Source: Armatimonadota bacterium (GTDB lineage: Bacteria; Armatimonadota; Zipacnadia; Zipacnadales; UBA5352). Taken from it: 29,521 bases of DNA. The notes beneath the pieces are model-generated. The model was not told where the DNA came from. It did no database searches and saw nothing but the letters and a program-made list of their open reading frames with translations. The DNA lies in the NCBI GenBank assembly GCA_034722055.1, contig JAYENL010000093.1, forward strand, positions 1-29,521. The letters run 5' to 3'. This document shows, piece after piece, positions 27,247-29,521 of this stretch. The first letter of the stretch is position 1, and every line of letters starts with the position of its first letter. Both the position numbers and the translations under genes were made by a program.

Positions 27247-27275
27247 AGTCTATCGCCGCGACAAGCGGGTGTCAA
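27247..27275 (-). promoter_or_regulatory. Sigma70 promoter (leftward, toward the GNAT gene)
   Basis: On the - strand: TTGACA-17 nt-TAGACT, near consensus. Confidence 0.7.
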
Positions 27276-27439
27276 GCCTGCGGCGTTGCAGGCTCGGGCA
27301 GGCTCACGGGGGACCATCGCGCCTGTGGTACCGGCCTTGCAGCCTGTCTGGCGTCGCCCGAGGCGGGAGAAGGGCTGCGACCCCACCCAACAGCGGCACA
27401 GTCTCGATGGGCGGTCTCAGGAGAGGCTGTCGTGCGGTG

Positions 27440-28729
27440 ATGCGCGCCATCGACAACGAGGGCCGGCCGGACCCGCTGTGGCGCGGCGCGCTCGCCACCG
27501 GGTTCGCCGGCCTTACGGTAGGCCTCGGGCTCGGTGCCGTGGCCCTGCTGCGACCGGAGGGTCTGGGTGTCGCGCCGGTGCTCGCCTCATCACCGCTGCA
27601 CCTGCAGGCCATGCTGCTGATCCTGTGCGGCTGCGTGCCGCTGGCGCTGGGGCTGACCTGGGAGTCCGCTCGTCTGGAGGCCCCGTCACTGATGCGTGTG
27701 CGGCCCTGGGTGCTGGGCGGCGTGGTGCTCTCCGCCGCCGGCGGCGGCCTCGCTATTATCGCCAACTGGCTGGTCGTCACGGGCTATACCAGCGATGTCA
27801 TCGGCCTGCTGCCCGGCCTGGTGTGGCTGGGGGTGGCATTCTGCTACGTGTCGGCGGTCTACCCGCTCTCCGGCTCTGGCTCCGTGGGCCTCAGCGGTCG
27901 CCTGCTGCTGCGCAGCAGTTGCCTGTGGCTGGCGGCTGCAGCAGCGTCTCAGTTCTCCTGGATCGCCGGTCGGGTGTTCCTGGACAATCCCAAGATCATG
28001 TGGTTCGTGGAGCGCCCCACGATCGAGGTGGGGCTGCTGGGTTTCGTGGCCCTGGCGAGCCTGGGGCTGATGCTGGCGGCACTGCCGACGGCCGTCAACC
28101 ACCGCAATCTAATCCAGGCCCTGCTCCGCAGCCATCACGCAGCCAACGGCCTCATCTTCGGCTGGGGCTCGCTGCAGACCTGGTCCCTCCGCTACCCCGG
28201 TGGCTACCAGAACCTGGTCCTCGCCCTGGTGGCCTTGGGCATCGTCATCGTCGTCGCTGTAGTGGCCGTCAACAGCGGCCTGCTCGACCGCTGGCAGGCC
28301 CTCTGGGACGGTACCCACAGCGATGACAGACTCAGGTCGGTGCTCGCGGTCCTCGCCATGGGCTTCTTTGTGGCGCTGGCGGTGCTGCTGGCGATTACGG
28401 CCTTCGCGGCGGCGGCCGCCGGTCGGATACCGCCGCCGGAGCTTCTCGAGAGCTGCCTGTTGGCGGTGGCCGTGGGCATGAGCTCGGCCTGCGCGCTGGT
28501 GCTGACGAGCTGCTTCATGCGGGACGTGCCTCAGGTAACCAGCCTGGGCGCGGCCGCCACCACTGCGGGAGTGGTCATGGCCATGCTGCTGGTCATCATG
28601 TCCATCCCGGTGGAGCGCTCTCTGGCCGACCTCATCGGCGGCTCCTATCTGCTCGCCATGGCCGGACTTGCTGCGCTGGCGTTGAGCTCCCTGCCATGGC
28701 GCCGCGTCTCGGTCGGTCGGCAGCTCTGA
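27440..28729 (+). CDS. Polytopic membrane protein (about 12 TM), unknown function
   Basis: Continuous hydrophobic segments from MRAIDNEG onward. The upstream in-frame extension to 27152 looks non-coding. Confidence 0.7.
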   Translation: MRAIDNEGRPDPLWRGALATGFAGLTVGLGLGAVALLRPEGLGVAPVLASSPLHLQAMLLILCGCVPLALGLTWESARLEAPSLMRVRPWVLGGVVLSAAGGGLAIIANWLVVTGYTSDVIGLLPGLVWLGVAFCYVSAVYPLSGSGSVGLSGRLLLRSSCLWLAAAAASQFSWIAGRVFLDNPKIMWFVERPTIEVGLLGFVALASLGLMLAALPTAVNHRNLIQALLRSHHAANGLIFGWGSLQTWSLRYPGGYQNLVLALVALGIVIVVAVVAVNSGLLDRWQALWDGTHSDDRLRSVLAVLAMGFFVALAVLLAITAFAAAAAGRIPPPELLESCLLAVAVGMSSACALVLTSCFMRDVPQVTSLGAAATTAGVVMAMLLVIMSIPVERSLADLIGGSYLLAMAGLAALALSSLPWRRVSVGRQL

Positions 28730-28804
28730 GCACACATCACGCGCCGCCGTCTCTGCCGACGGCGGCGCCCTGCGCGCGGCTCGGACGCGTCGGTTGGTCG
28801 GCTG

Positions 28805-29410
28805 TCAGGCGCTCTCGGTTTCCTCACCCTGGTCGGTGCTCAACGGCTCCGGCTCGGGCAGGGTGGAGAGCGTCTGGTCGGCGAGCGTCCCCATAGGGAT
28901 CTCGAAGGCCAGCCCTGTCTCCTTGTAGCCCAGCTTCTCGAGCGCCTCGTTCGCCTGCTCCCGCACCAGCTCCGCCGCCGCGCCGGCGACCGTCTTGGCC
29001 GAGGAGGCGGTTTTCAGGGCCGGAATCGCCTCCCGGTCGCCGATCTCGCCCAGGACCCACGCCGCGCGCGCCCGCACTGGCTGCGAGAGATGGACGTTGT
29101 TGGCGAGGGCTGCGATCCCCTCGATGATGGGGTCGGGCTTGCGCTCGGTGGTCTCCTCCCGCCCCTTCTTCACCAGCGCCACCGCGGCCATGCCCCGGAG
29201 CTCATCGTCGTCCTCAAAGACCTCGTTGAGCGCCATGATGGCGCGCGGGTCGTCGAGGTTCGCAAGCTCCAGCACGGCGGAGCGACGCACGCCCACGTCC
29301 TCGGCCTCGATGTCCTCATTCAGCCGCACCATGGGGTCAACTGCACAGCCGCCGGCCAACATGACGACCGTGAGGGTGAGTGCGATCGGGCCGCTCCCGG
29401 GGTATCGCAT
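28805..29410 (-). CDS. HEAT-repeat lipoprotein
   Basis: Lipobox-like LAGGC after a hydrophobic stretch; VRRSAVLELANL and VRARAAWVLGEIGDREAIPAL repeats. Confidence 0.8.
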   Translation of the reverse strand: MRYPGSGPIALTLTVVMLAGGCAVDPMVRLNEDIEAEDVGVRRSAVLELANLDDPRAIMALNEVFEDDDELRGMAAVALVKKGREETTERKPDPIIEGIAALANNVHLSQPVRARAAWVLGEIGDREAIPALKTASSAKTVAGAAAELVREQANEALEKLGYKETGLAFEIPMGTLADQTLSTLPEPEPLSTDQGEETESA

Positions 29411-29521
29411 CAGTTGCCTCCACGCTGAACTGAGATCTGTCTGGCTGTGTGTCCGCTGCTCCCGCCGTGGAGGGGCCGTCCTGAGGAGCGGTTGCGTGAG
29501 CAACCGCGCTGAAGCCGGCCC

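Noticed and set aside
27440..28729. NnrS assignment for the membrane protein
   Set aside because: The topology is vaguely similar, but the conserved His-containing motifs are not evident.

Overview
High-GC bacterial DNA. The prepilin/H-X9-DG gene and the secreted glycoside-hydrolase-like genes are typical of Armatimonadota, but this assignment is an inference. Bases 1-14329 are one co-directional (+) phage-derived morphogenesis operon. In order it encodes: the 3' end of a glycosidase-like/Fn3 protein, a head-tail connector, a head closure, a tail terminator, a non-contractile tail tube, a tail assembly chaperone with a complete -1 frameshift signal, a short 193-aa ORF where the tape measure should be, two large tail-tip-like proteins, a split Asp-box protein, a fibre-like protein, three holin-like membrane proteins and an amidase endolysin. 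The operon ends about 180 bp upstream of rpmH-rnpA-yidD-yidC-jag, where dnaA/oriC usually sits. The rest is host DNA: a secreted glycoside-hydrolase-like protein, a DUF1559 prepilin-like protein, TauE, PfkB, an M20 peptidase, a REP-like palindrome mosaic, a thioredoxin-like/TPR protein, a GNAT, a membrane protein and a HEAT lipoprotein. The best candidate for an undescribed system is this short-tailed, possibly domesticated (gene-transfer-agent-like) particle operon. An ordinary or decaying prophage cannot be excluded from this window. All family calls come from motif recognition by eye; no searches were run.
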